DNA of 64,000 nucleotides. It comes from Schmidtea nova (lineage: Eukaryota). Below are positions 20,635 to 31,900 of this stretch, piece by piece. Position numbers and translations under genes: made by a program. Positions within the stretch are counted from its first letter, which is position 1. Each line of letters begins with the position of its first letter. Under the pieces are notes generated by a model that made no database searches, was not told where the DNA came from, and saw nothing but the letters and a program-made list of their open reading frames with translations. Location: positions 312,356,001-312,420,000 of the forward strand of contig CM097882.1 in assembly GCA_044892505.1 (NCBI GenBank). Reading direction: 5' to 3'.

Positions 20635-23600
20635 GTGCCTGCATCAGCTCAATCGTCTGCCATTCCCTCTAATGAGACTGATGCAGAGAGCACAACTAAA
20701 AATAATATTTCAACTATCGACAATCGTGATCCTGAAGTGTGGTTTTCTGATAATGATATTGATTGGTATCTTGAAAACCACATTGATAATCCAATGCATG
20801 GATATATTAAATGCTTTATAGTAAATATCATCTGTTCTAACATCACAGAAGATATTGTTGAAATTCCACCATCTATTAGCAATGCTGAAATTGTATTTTG
20901 TCCACTCAACATTAACAATTCGCACTGGATTCTTTTTGTTTATAGTAAGAAAATGTTATCTTCTTACTTTATTGACCCAATCCTTGCAAACAGACAAAAG
21001 CCAATCAATAAACAAATGGCTCAGAGAATTAACCTAAAACTGAATAGATTTTTTAATCTAAATATATCTGTGTCCCGACATCCACACAAACATCTTGAAT
21101 ATCAAAATAACAGCTTTGATTGTGGCCCATTTACGTGTGCTTATGCTGTGATTATCAGTAAAGATTTGAACAGCTTTCCAAATGGGTTCATAGAGAAAAT
21201 TCGTACCAGTGTGCATGAAAATCAAAATCGTATGCAAATAACCGAATCCACCTTATTCGCTGGTACTAACTCCAAGATGGACATGACCAAAATAAATATC
21301 AAGAAAGCCCTTGCAAAAAAGAAAGTCATCACCAACACCTCAGATATGACCAAAGTATTGAACACTCAAAAACCGTGTGTGTCATCAATAATTAGTAAAT
21401 ATTACGAAAGTAATTCTAAAATAACAGTCTTATCTGCCGAACTAACTTTAAACCTAATTGCACAAAATACCTCCTTCATAGCTGATAATGTCACTTTCAA
21501 GCAGTTCAAAGGAATCGATCATGTTATAAGTATCATTCCTAAATTTAACGATTGGTGTCTCTTTGTCTATTCGAATAAACTTGACAGGAGCTACATGTTC
21601 GACTTCAATTATCGAAACATTGATGAAAGGCTAATTGAAATTGGTGAAAAGATAACTGAATATCTGAATCAATTCACTCTTGTTTCTAAAATAAAATTCA
21701 CACCTCATCATAGAATTTCTCATCCAACATTTCATTCTTACGATGATCAATATTTTGCAAGTTCTTTTATTGTATTTTTTGAGAAACTTGTCTTTGAAAG
21801 AATACTGGACAATGATAAGGTTTATGACTCATTAAGTGCTCTAAAATATCAGTCTTGTAAAGATCTTTCTCCTAGCTTAAGTTTCATTAATGGTAAAATA
21901 TCCGACAAAATTATTGAGGAATATTTTGCTAGCCTAAACTTATCGACCAAATATATTCTTCTAAACACAACAATGTGTACTGCGCTTTCAGATGATTGCA
22001 CTGAATACTTGAAAGACTTTGTAAACATTGAGTGCATGATGAAGGCTACTATAATCTTTGTAATCATTTCTCCTCCAAGAGCCAACGACTTGCTCATGGT
22101 TATTGATTACGACGCTGATGAGCACTATTTATTAAGCCCAGTCACTAATGACTTGTTCGTTATGACTGAAGGATTCTGCTATAAATTACTAATTAAAATT
22201 AATGAGATTAGAGAGAGCACAGGTCGTTCCTTGAAATCGCGTAATTGTCGACATGACGTTAAAGGTTCTGGCTTATTTAGTAGGTTATTAATCTGTGCCT
22301 TTATTAAATATTATGCATTTGACCGATCTCTAGAAAATATCAATCTTCATGAAATTGGCAAAATTATCTACTCACTTGTGCCATTAGTTGATAAAAATGA
22401 TAATGCTGAGGAAGAAAGACGACTAAAATCAAAAGCTGTAAACTCTTTAAAACTAAATTTAAAACAGCGAATAGAAAAAGCCAATAATCTTATAATTTCA
22501 CTTGAACACGCCAGTATTGATGAAATCATAAGTGGCATTCTTTCAAATATTCCTCGTCTTAAAGATTTGAACACCGATCACATTCGTACACCATATTTAG
22601 GTACTAAAGTAGAAAAAGCTAGAAAATTCAAAAATTCCACTGAATTTCTGTCAAACATGAAAAAGACTGTGTATAGGATTTTGGGTAACAACACAGAATC
22701 AATTGCACCTCCTTTTCAGGAAATTATTGACACTTTCAGTCATCCTGATACATTACCTAGAAATTGGGAAAACATCTTTAAATTCACTAAGAGTTCTAAA
22801 TTTAGTCTTGAATTAAATCCAATGACACCTAAAGAAATCCTTTCAAGTCTTTGCAAAGCTGACAACACTTCTCCAGGTCTTGATAATGTTTGTTATAAAG
22901 ATCTTTTGCTATTAGACCCTGAATGTAAATTGCTAGCTTTTCTGTACAATAAAATCCTAAAATTAGACATTATTCCTACAAGTTGGAAATCATTTAAAAC
23001 CATACTAATCCCTAAACCAGATAAAAATGGCCAATATCATAAAATATATTCTTGGCGACCAATTGCCTTATTATCTGTCATTTACAAAGTCTTCGCTTCA
23101 GTTTTGGCAAATCGTCTAAGCTTATGGATAAGAAATAATTCCATGTTACACATTGGCCAAAAGGGTGGTTCGGAGTACGAAGGATGTATTGAACACAACT
23201 CTATTCTTTCTGCTATCGTCGAACATTCAAAATACAGCAAGTCTTCACCTTTAACAATAGCTTGGCTAGACATCAAAGATGCCTTCGGAAGTGTTCCACA
23301 TGACTACATGTGGACACTGTTAAAACACATAAATGTTAGTGATAGGTTTGTAGGAATTTTAAAACTGCTCTATACTGATACAAGCTCGTTTTATTGTTGC
23401 AATAAAATGCAGACACCGGATATTCCAATAAAGAAAGGAGTTAAACAAGGTTGTCCGATCTCAATGATATTGTTTGCAATAGCTATTAACCCAGTACTTG
23501 AGTCTATTAATCTATCAAACGTTAATCCTTTTACGATTGGAACATCTCCGGTACAGGTGTTGGCTTATGCGGATGATATCGCACTTATCGCGACAAATAC

Positions 23601-25245
23601 CTCTGATCTGCAAATACTCATAAACGTTGCTGTAAACACCGCTAAAACAATTGGATTTGAATATCGTCCAGAAAAGTGCGCTTATATGCAATACCCTAAA
23701 ATAGAAACTGTAAGCGAGATTTCTGTCAACAATGTTCTTATAAAAAAGATTGCAACAAATGAATTTTACCAATACTTGGGAGTACCAATAGGTGACAATA
23801 ATGACCAAAGTCCCTATGAAATTCTAAGCAAAGTAATTGAAGACACAAAGAAAATAGCAAATTCTGATCTTTACGGCTGGCAAAAACTTAAAGCGTATAA
23901 GGTCTTTCTGCATTCTCGCTTGATTTTTCCATTTAGAACTAGGGAAATCAAAACAAGTTCTTTAGCTGATTCGAGTAAAAATTCAAAATTAAATGTAAAT
24001 AATACGAGTATTTTGAGGAGTCATCTTAGAAAAATATTGCACTTGCCACACTACTCTGAGATTAGCTATTTTTATAATTCTACTGAAAACGGCGGTGCAG
24101 GCTGCATAGACTTACTTGACGAGTATCATACACAGACAATCGTGTACTTTTTCCGCTTGTTAACATCAACGTGCGAATATTCGAAAAAGATAAATACTGA
24201 CTCGCTTTTATTTGTCACAAGTCCGAGACTCGGAATCAAAAATCCAGTTCTTAAACAAAGTTTAGAATGGATAAATGGAAAAGAGAGCAAGAAAAACAAC
24301 AGTGGTTGCAAAACTCGATTTTATCGGTTGCGATCATCCATTGCTTACTTTTCTAAAGTTCACAACATTAAATTGTTATTTGAAACAGTGAAAGGGAATC
24401 CTTCTATCCGTATAACCACTACACTTAAGGGAACACGTATATTATTACCAACATTAAGAAAAGCATTGTCAATGATTTTACATTCAGCTCTCCAGGATTC
24501 GTATCTCGAGAAATGGGAGAATAGCAACCATAATAATCTGCTTGTATCTGCGATTAAACTCTGTCCACTTGTCAACAAGCTTATTTTCCGCAGTGATTTG
24601 ACAGAATTTGAATGGAGATTCGTCCATCGAGCAAGAACGAATACATTATCAATATTTGCGAAGCCATATAAAACTGGCGAAAATCGTCTTTGTCGTAGAT
24701 GTAAGCTTGAAGACGAGACTTTATCACACGTTCTTCAAACTTGTAAAATGAACAAATCTTTGGCAACTAGTCGACATAACGCTTGCTTAGAAAAAATAAA
24801 AAGCGAGTTGAAAGATCCAAACTTGTTAGTTGTTGCGGATCATAAATGTTCCCTAGTACCGACATCAACTGAACGCGTTGATTTAATAATAACCAATAAT
24901 GATAAAAAGACCATATTATTGGTAGACATGAAATGCCCAATCGATTCGGTGCCCAACTTTGACTTGGCTGATAAAAAAAACATAGAAAAGTATGATAAAC
25001 TAAAATCGGAAATTAAAATAGCCAAACCCGATTATAAAGTTGAGTTGTTTACCTGCATCATAGGCTCATTAGGATCCATTGAAATTAAAACACCTGATCT
25101 TTTAGTAAAAATGGGCGTAAAAGAAAATAAAGTAAAACGTCTGATGAAAGAGTGTGCAATTAGCAATATTGCGCACTCGGCCAAAATTTGGTACTTTCAT
25201 ACCAATGGCTTTCTTCCAGATAATATAAGACAAACTTTTAAATAA
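20635..25245 (+). CDS. ORF2 Ulp1-RT-CCHC-RLE polyprotein
   Basis: Same motifs as copy 1. Confidence 0.95.
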   Translation: MPASAQSSAIPSNETDAESTTKNNISTIDNRDPEVWFSDNDIDWYLENHIDNPMHGYIKCFIVNIICSNITEDIVEIPPSISNAEIVFCPLNINNSHWILFVYSKKMLSSYFIDPILANRQKPINKQMAQRINLKLNRFFNLNISVSRHPHKHLEYQNNSFDCGPFTCAYAVIISKDLNSFPNGFIEKIRTSVHENQNRMQITESTLFAGTNSKMDMTKINIKKALAKKKVITNTSDMTKVLNTQKPCVSSIISKYYESNSKITVLSAELTLNLIAQNTSFIADNVTFKQFKGIDHVISIIPKFNDWCLFVYSNKLDRSYMFDFNYRNIDERLIEIGEKITEYLNQFTLVSKIKFTPHHRISHPTFHSYDDQYFASSFIVFFEKLVFERILDNDKVYDSLSALKYQSCKDLSPSLSFINGKISDKIIEEYFASLNLSTKYILLNTTMCTALSDDCTEYLKDFVNIECMMKATIIFVIISPPRANDLLMVIDYDADEHYLLSPVTNDLFVMTEGFCYKLLIKINEIRESTGRSLKSRNCRHDVKGSGLFSRLLICAFIKYYAFDRSLENINLHEIGKIIYSLVPLVDKNDNAEEERRLKSKAVNSLKLNLKQRIEKANNLIISLEHASIDEIISGILSNIPRLKDLNTDHIRTPYLGTKVEKARKFKNSTEFLSNMKKTVYRILGNNTESIAPPFQEIIDTFSHPDTLPRNWENIFKFTKSSKFSLELNPMTPKEILSSLCKADNTSPGLDNVCYKDLLLLDPECKLLAFLYNKILKLDIIPTSWKSFKTILIPKPDKNGQYHKIYSWRPIALLSVIYKVFASVLANRLSLWIRNNSMLHIGQKGGSEYEGCIEHNSILSAIVEHSKYSKSSPLTIAWLDIKDAFGSVPHDYMWTLLKHINVSDRFVGILKLLYTDTSSFYCCNKMQTPDIPIKKGVKQGCPISMILFAIAINPVLESINLSNVNPFTIGTSPVQVLAYADDIALIATNTSDLQILINVAVNTAKTIGFEYRPEKCAYMQYPKIETVSEISVNNVLIKKIATNEFYQYLGVPIGDNNDQSPYEILSKVIEDTKKIANSDLYGWQKLKAYKVFLHSRLIFPFRTREIKTSSLADSSKNSKLNVNNTSILRSHLRKILHLPHYSEISYFYNSTENGGAGCIDLLDEYHTQTIVYFFRLLTSTCEYSKKINTDSLLFVTSPRLGIKNPVLKQSLEWINGKESKKNNSGCKTRFYRLRSSIAYFSKVHNIKLLFETVKGNPSIRITTTLKGTRILLPTLRKALSMILHSALQDSYLEKWENSNHNNLLVSAIKLCPLVNKLIFRSDLTEFEWRFVHRARTNTLSIFAKPYKTGENRLCRRCKLEDETLSHVLQTCKMNKSLATSRHNACLEKIKSELKDPNLLVVADHKCSLVPTSTERVDLIITNNDKKTILLVDMKCPIDSVPNFDLADKKNIEKYDKLKSEIKIAKPDYKVELFTCIIGSLGSIEIKTPDLLVKMGVKENKVKRLMKECAISNIAHSAKIWYFHTNGFLPDNIRQTFK

Positions 25246-25600
25246 ATAATTATATATATATATAAATATTTGCTTTTTAAACTCTGTAAATAAAAATTAA
25301 AGTAAATATTTTGTAAAGTAATTTTTGTATTAAATATCCAATCTTTTTAATCTGATAAATTGTCTTTGAGAGTTATTAAATTGGGAGACCAAGTATTCTG
25401 CAACGTATGTCACTTATTCTAGACTTATCAACTTCAAAAGAATACAGTCGCAAAGCTGGATGACGAAATCCAAAGAACCAGAAACTTCCATTCAGATTGA
25501 ACAATTATATTTTGACTGTGATTGTTTAGGGACTAATCCATGTTGATTAGATAATCTGTAAAAAAAATATGTCAAACTTGTTATATTTAATAAATGTTTA

Positions 25601-25655
25601 TTATCACGTCTGCCTAACACGCAGAAGGTCCCCGGTTCGATCCCGGGTCGAACCA
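25601..25655 (+). pseudogene. tRNA-Val(AAC) 3' fragment (nt 19-73)
   Basis: Same junction. Confidence 0.93.
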
Positions 25656-25835
25656 AATTTTTCTCAATTCATTATTTGACTTTTATTATATTTGCAACTC
25701 TTTTTTTAATTCATAACGCAATTTTGTTGTTGAATTCTCTACTTTGTACATAAATTTTATTCAAGTGAATTCAGTACATTTTGTCAAGGTAATTCGAAAA
25801 TCAAACATGCACAACAATTGTTAGTTGAAACTGTC

Positions 25836-25908
25836 GGTTCGATGGTGTAGCGGTTATCACGTCTGCCTAACACGCAGAAGGTCCCCGGTTCGATCCCGGG
25901 TCGAACCA
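25836..25908 (+). tRNA. tRNA-Val(AAC)
   Basis: Identical to 988-1060. Confidence 0.96.
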
Positions 25909-26088
25909 AATTTTTCTCAATTCATTATTTGACTTTTATTATATTTGCAACTCTTTTTTTAATTCATAACGCAATTTTGTTGTTGAATTCTCTACTTTGT
26001 ACATAAATTTTATTCAAGTGAATTCAGTACATTTTGTCAAGGTAATTCGAAAATCAAACATGCACAACAATTGTTAGTTGAAACTGTC

Positions 26089-26161
26089 GGTTCGATGGTG
26101 TAGCGGTTATCACGTCTGCCTAACACGCAGAAGGTCCCCGGTTCGATCCCGGGTCGAACCA
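26089..26161 (+). tRNA. tRNA-Val(AAC)
   Basis: Identical to 988-1060. Confidence 0.96.
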
Positions 26162-26269
26162 AATTTTTCTCAATTCATTATTTGACTTTTATTATATTTG
26201 CAACTCTTTTTTTAAGTGTTGATATATATATTGTAAATTTTAACGATTGATAAATTCTTTCAAGGTTCG

Positions 26270-28903
26270 ATGACTCAATCACCTGCTGCTCAGTCAACTG
26301 CTGCTGATGTGATGACTCAGTCTATTGGAAATCAGTCAACTGTGACGAAGAAATATGAATTAGAAAACATTCTCAAGTATCAAATTTCCAGTTTGCAATG
26401 TTTTCAATCGATTTTGGATTATTTTTCGCAACTAAATGGTGGAAATCTCGCTACTGCCTCAGTTCTTTCTGATGCGAATGCAAGTCAACGGAGTTCTTTC
26501 GATCAAGGATCTAAAATTTCTCAAAACCAATCTGATAATATGCCACTTTCTTATGCTGATATTGAGACAAAATTCACTAAATCAAAGGATTTACTGATTG
26601 TCAAGCGCCTGGATTCATTGGAGTCTCAATTTATGAATATGGCTGAAAAGTTAGATTATTTGGTTTCTTTTTTTAATGGCTCTGTTGATGATTTATCAGA
26701 TTTTCCTAAAGTAAATGAAAATAATTTAAATAATAATCCTTTTAATAAAAATAAAGTTTTTGATATCAAAGATAAATTAATTGTAAATAATGTAGTTTTA
26801 GATAAATCAAATATTTCAGAATTTATTGAAAATAATATTGCTAAAATTCCTAATAGTTTAATTGATGTAAATAATAAAATGTGTAATTCAAATAATAAAT
26901 TTCTAAATAACCCTAATAAAGAGAATGTTAAACATTTTAATAATCCCAAAGATACATCTTCAATTGATTTGACTAACGATAAAATTATGCCAAATGAAAA
27001 CATAGAAATAATTATTAAAAATAATAAAAAATCTGTTAAAATTATAGAACCTTATAAAACAACTAAAGAGAAGTATGATAAATTTGAATTTAAAAGTCTG
27101 GTTCGTATTTTAACGAAAAGGGAACGCCAGAAAATCTTGAATGCCTTCCCTGCTTTAATACAACTAATTAAAAAGAAAGAATCACAGAGTAAATATTTTG
27201 AAATTAATAAATTTCTTTCGAGCAAAGATTTTAATGTGAATCACTTGAATTTAAATAATTTTGATTATTTTTTCTATAGAAATTGTAATCTTTGTGTATC
27301 TTTAAAATTGAACAACGCTCCTGTCATTTTATCAGCACCAAAACCTGTTGTTTTAAAAACTATTAAATTAATTGACCATAATATCGTCAAAATAAATTCT
27401 GAAATCCCTGACTTTGTTCGAGCTCCAATGTCAATTCGAAGATTTTTATTCAATCTTTCGCACGATCTTTCAAACACTGTTTCCATCAAGGATGAGAAAC
27501 ACAGGGGAAATAAAATAAATAACATTCTTACTTCAATGAAACATAAACAACAATTACCAGATTATTTAATAAAATCAAACATTAAATACGAAAATGGTGA
27601 GTTCTTATTATTAGATTTGACTAACGATAAAATCAAATTGAACGACGATAATAACTTGATAAAATCAAATTTTTCTGAACTTACTAGAAGTCAGATTAAA
27701 AATCTTTACTATTCTTATCCTTCTCTTAAGGAAGTTTGTTTCGTTGAAAATCTTGAAACAAGATCATCATCCGTTAGTAAAATTATCGAATCTTTAAAGT
27801 TAATTAATGAATTTCCAAAAAATATCATTTTTAAAGAGGGTAAATTTTATCAGTCTGATAAAAGAACAATCTCACCTAGTAGTTCTCCTGACATAATGTT
27901 CAACCTTGGTCTTTTTAATTTGGCTAGTATGAGTAGAAAAGATTGTGAATTAAAATCCATTTTAGAGAAGACTGGTTGTGACTTTAAAATAGTTGAAATA
28001 ATATTCTACCTCAACTATTTAGGCTTGACTCAATCTTTAGAATTTTGCAAAAATCAAACTTATTCTGATTATGTGAGGAATTACGTCTGCAATTGCTGCT
28101 TGATAAACTCACTCTGTAGTATTGCTGATGTTGATTCGCTTTCATCTGAAGATTTTGAGGGTTGGGCGACCGAAATTGTTCAGAAAATCCCAGTTTCTTC
28201 CTATTACTTCAATAGCTGCCAGGAAAAGCTTTTAAAGCTGAAGCAATGGGACATTTCAACTAAAATCAAAAGAATCCATAACGTTATTTCACCTGAAATA
28301 ATATCTTATTTAAATAACTTTCTTGACTCTGTAGACGTAAAATTTCCATCTAAGTCTCAACAACATAATATTCTAATTAAATTAATGAAAGCTATCAATG
28401 ACATTAAAATTTTTGATGACATACACGGAAATAAAGCAAAAAGACTTGTTTACTTTTTGCTAAGAGATGCCAAGAAATATTTGAATAAAAATCAACGATT
28501 CAGATTATTTGAATCGAGCAATAAATATTGCACTTCAGAGATGGAGAATATAATTTCAGTAATAATTGAGAACCTTACCAAAGTTACTGACCATGAAGTT
28601 ACTACTCCTGAAATCACAGTTGAAGAAACGCCAATTGAAATAACTTGTGATCCTGAACCTATCGTCTTGATTAAGGAAATAAACTGTTTAAAATGTAACA
28701 ATATCATCGAAAAATGCATTCTTGTTAGAGATGGAACAAACGTCAACATCTGTGAAAGCTGTCTATTTGACGCAATTACCTTTGAAAAGCCGATTCCTGA
28801 AGCTACTAATTCGGATACCGAAGAAAATATGGAAACAAATAGTAAGAAATCTTGTCCAAGACCTAGAAAAACAGACAAGAAAACATCAACCAAAGCGAAA
28901 TGA
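26270..28903 (+). CDS. ORF1 protein (877 aa)
   Basis: Near-identical to the copy 1 ORF1. Confidence 0.88.
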   Translation: MTQSPAAQSTAADVMTQSIGNQSTVTKKYELENILKYQISSLQCFQSILDYFSQLNGGNLATASVLSDANASQRSSFDQGSKISQNQSDNMPLSYADIETKFTKSKDLLIVKRLDSLESQFMNMAEKLDYLVSFFNGSVDDLSDFPKVNENNLNNNPFNKNKVFDIKDKLIVNNVVLDKSNISEFIENNIAKIPNSLIDVNNKMCNSNNKFLNNPNKENVKHFNNPKDTSSIDLTNDKIMPNENIEIIIKNNKKSVKIIEPYKTTKEKYDKFEFKSLVRILTKRERQKILNAFPALIQLIKKKESQSKYFEINKFLSSKDFNVNHLNLNNFDYFFYRNCNLCVSLKLNNAPVILSAPKPVVLKTIKLIDHNIVKINSEIPDFVRAPMSIRRFLFNLSHDLSNTVSIKDEKHRGNKINNILTSMKHKQQLPDYLIKSNIKYENGEFLLLDLTNDKIKLNDDNNLIKSNFSELTRSQIKNLYYSYPSLKEVCFVENLETRSSSVSKIIESLKLINEFPKNIIFKEGKFYQSDKRTISPSSSPDIMFNLGLFNLASMSRKDCELKSILEKTGCDFKIVEIIFYLNYLGLTQSLEFCKNQTYSDYVRNYVCNCCLINSLCSIADVDSLSSEDFEGWATEIVQKIPVSSYYFNSCQEKLLKLKQWDISTKIKRIHNVISPEIISYLNNFLDSVDVKFPSKSQQHNILIKLMKAINDIKIFDDIHGNKAKRLVYFLLRDAKKYLNKNQRFRLFESSNKYCTSEMENIISVIIENLTKVTDHEVTTPEITVEETPIEITCDPEPIVLIKEINCLKCNNIIEKCILVRDGTNVNICESCLFDAITFEKPIPEATNSDTEENMETNSKKSCPRPRKTDKKTSTKAK

Positions 28904-28909
28904 AGATGT

Positions 28910-31900
28910 GTGCCTGCATCAGCTCAATCGTCTGCCATTCCCTCTAATGAGACTGATGCAGAGAGCACAACTAAAAATAATATTTCAACTATCGACAATC
29001 GTGATCCTGAAGTGTGGTTTTCTGATAATGATATTGATTGGTATCTTGAAAACCACATTGATAATCCAATGCATGGATATATTAAATGCTTTATAGTAAA
29101 TATCATCTGTTCTAACATCACAGAAGATATAGTTGAAATTCCACCATCTATTAGCAATGCTGAAATTGTATTTTGTCCACTCAACATTAACAATTCGCAC
29201 TGGATTCTTTTTGTTTATAGTAAGAAAATGTTATCTTCTTACTTTATTGACCCAATCCTTGCAAACAGACAAAAGCCAATCAATAAACAAATGGCTCAGA
29301 GAATTAACCTAAAACTGAATAGATTTTTTAATCTAAATATATCTGTGTCCCGACATCCACACAAACATCTTGAATATCAAAATAACAGCTTTGATTGTGG
29401 CCCATTTACGTGTGCTTATGCTGTGATTATCAGTAAAGATTTGAACAGCTTTCCAAATGGGTTCATAGAGAAAATTCGTACCAGTGTGCATGAAAATCAA
29501 AATCGTATGCAAATAACCGAATCCACCTTATTCGCTGGTACTAACTCCAAGATGGACATGACCAAAATAAATATCAAGAAAGCCCTTGCAAAAAAGAAAG
29601 TCATCACCAACACCTCAGATATGACCAAAGTATTGAACACTCAAAAACCGTGTGTGTCATCAATAATTAGTAAATATTACGAAAGTAATTCTAAAATAAC
29701 AGTCTTATCTGCCGAACTAACTTTAAACCTAATTGCACAAAATACCTCCTTCATAGCTGATAATGTCACTTTCAAGCAGTTCAAAGGAATCGATCATGTT
29801 ATAAGTATCATTCCTAAATTTAACGATTGGTGTCTCTTTGTCTATTCGAATAAACTTGACAGGAGCTACATGTTCGACTTCAATTATCGAAACATTGATG
29901 AAAGGCTAATTGAAATTGGTGAAAAGATAACTGAATATCTGAATCAATTCACTCTTGTTTCTAAAATAAAATTCACACCTCATCATAGAATTTCTCATCC
30001 AACATTTCATTCTTACGATGATCAATATTTTGCAAGTTCTTTTATTGTATTTTTTGAGAAACTTGTCTTTGAAAGAATACTGGACAATGATAAGGTTTAT
30101 GACTCATTAAGTGCTCTAAAATATCAGTCTTGTAAAGATCTTTCTCCTAGCCTAAGTTTCATTAATGGTAAAATATCCGACAAAATTATTGAGGAATATT
30201 TTGCTAGCCTAAACTTATCGACCAAATATATTCTTCTAAACACAACAATGTGTACTGCGCTTTCAGATGATTGCACTGAATACTTGAAAGACTTTGTAAA
30301 CATTGAGTGCATGATGAAGGCTACTATAATCTTTGTAATCATTTCTCCTCCAAGAGCCAACGACTTGCTCATGGTTATTGATTACGACGCTGATGAGCAC
30401 TATTTATTAAGCCCAGTCACTAATGACTTGTTCGTTATGACTGAAGGATTCTGCTATAAATTACTAATTAAAATTAATGAGATTAGAGAGAGCACAGGAC
30501 GTTCCTTGAAATCGCGTAATTGTCGACATGACGTTAAAGGTTCTGGCTTATTTAGTAGGTTATTAATCTGTGCCTTTATTAAATATTATGCATTTGACCG
30601 ATCTCTAGAAAATATCAATCTTCATGAAATTGGCAAAATTATCTACTCACTTGTGCCATTAGTTGATAAAAATGATAATGCTGAGGAAGAAAGACGACTA
30701 AAATCAAAAGCTGTAAACTCTTTAAAACTAAATTTAAAACAGCGAATAGAAAAAGCCAATAATCTTATAATTTCACTTGAACACGCCAGTATTGATGAAA
30801 TCATAAGTGGCATTCTTTCAAATATTCCTCGTCTTAAAGATTTGAACACCGATCACATTCGTACACCATATTTAGGTACTAAAATAGAAAAAGCTAGAAA
30901 ATTCAAAAATTCCACTGAGTTTCTGTCAAACATGAAAAAGACTGTGTATAGGATTTTGGGTAACAACACAGAATCAATTGCACCTCCTTATCAGGAAATT
31001 ATTGACACTTTCAGTCATCCTGATACATTACCTAGAAATTGGGAAAACATCTTAAAATTCACTAAGAGTTCTAAATATAGTCTTGAATTAAATCCAATGA
31101 CACCTAAAGAAATCCTTTCAAGTCTTTGCAAAGCTGACAACACTTCTCCAGGTCTTGATAATGTTTGTTATAAAGATCTTTTGTTATTAGACCCTGAATG
31201 TAAATTGCTAGCTTTTCTGTACAATAAAATCCTAAAATTAGACATTATTCCTACAAGTTGGAAATCATTTAAAACCATACTAATCCCCAAACCAGATAAA
31301 AATGGCCAATATCATAAAATATATTCTTGGCGACCAATTGCCTTATTATCTGTCATTTACAAAGTCTTCGCTTCAGTTTTGGCAAATCGTCTAAGCTTAT
31401 GGATAAGAAATAATTCCATGTTACACATTGGCCAAAAGGGTGGTTCGGAGTACGAAGGATGTATTGAACACAACTCTATTCTTTCTGCTATCGTCGAACA
31501 TTCAAAATACAGCAAGTCTTCACCTTTAACGATAGCTTGGCTAGACATCAAAGATGCCTTCGGAAGTGTTCCACATGACTACATGTGGACACTGTTAAAA
31601 CACATAAATGTTAGTGATAGGTTTGTAGGAATTTTAAAACTGCTCTATACTGATACAAGCTCGTTTTATTGTTGCAATAAAATGCAGACACCGGATATTC
31701 CAATAAAGAAAGGAGTTAAACAAGGTTGTCCGATCTCAATGATATTGTTTGCAATAGCTATTAACCCAGTACTTGAGTCTATTAATCTATCAAACGTTAA
31801 TCCTTTTACGATTGGAACATCTCCGGTACAGGTTTTGGCTTATGCGGATGATATCGCACTTATCGCGACAAATACCTCTGATCTGCAAATACTCATAAAC

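Larger units (their letters stand above)
17941..25600 (+). mobile_element. Retrotransposon copy 3 (type B), ORFs intact
   Basis: Leader+ORF1+ORF2+3' UTR. Confidence 0.95.
25601..26215 (+). repeat. 253-bp tRNA-Val array segment (1 fragment + 2 intact genes)
   Basis: Starts at 25836 and 26089. Confidence 0.94.

Noticed and set aside
20447-20821. 124-aa alternative-frame ORF bridging ORF1 and ORF2
   Set aside because: Open in only four copies, has no motif, and ends early; no frameshift is needed because the main ORFs are in frame
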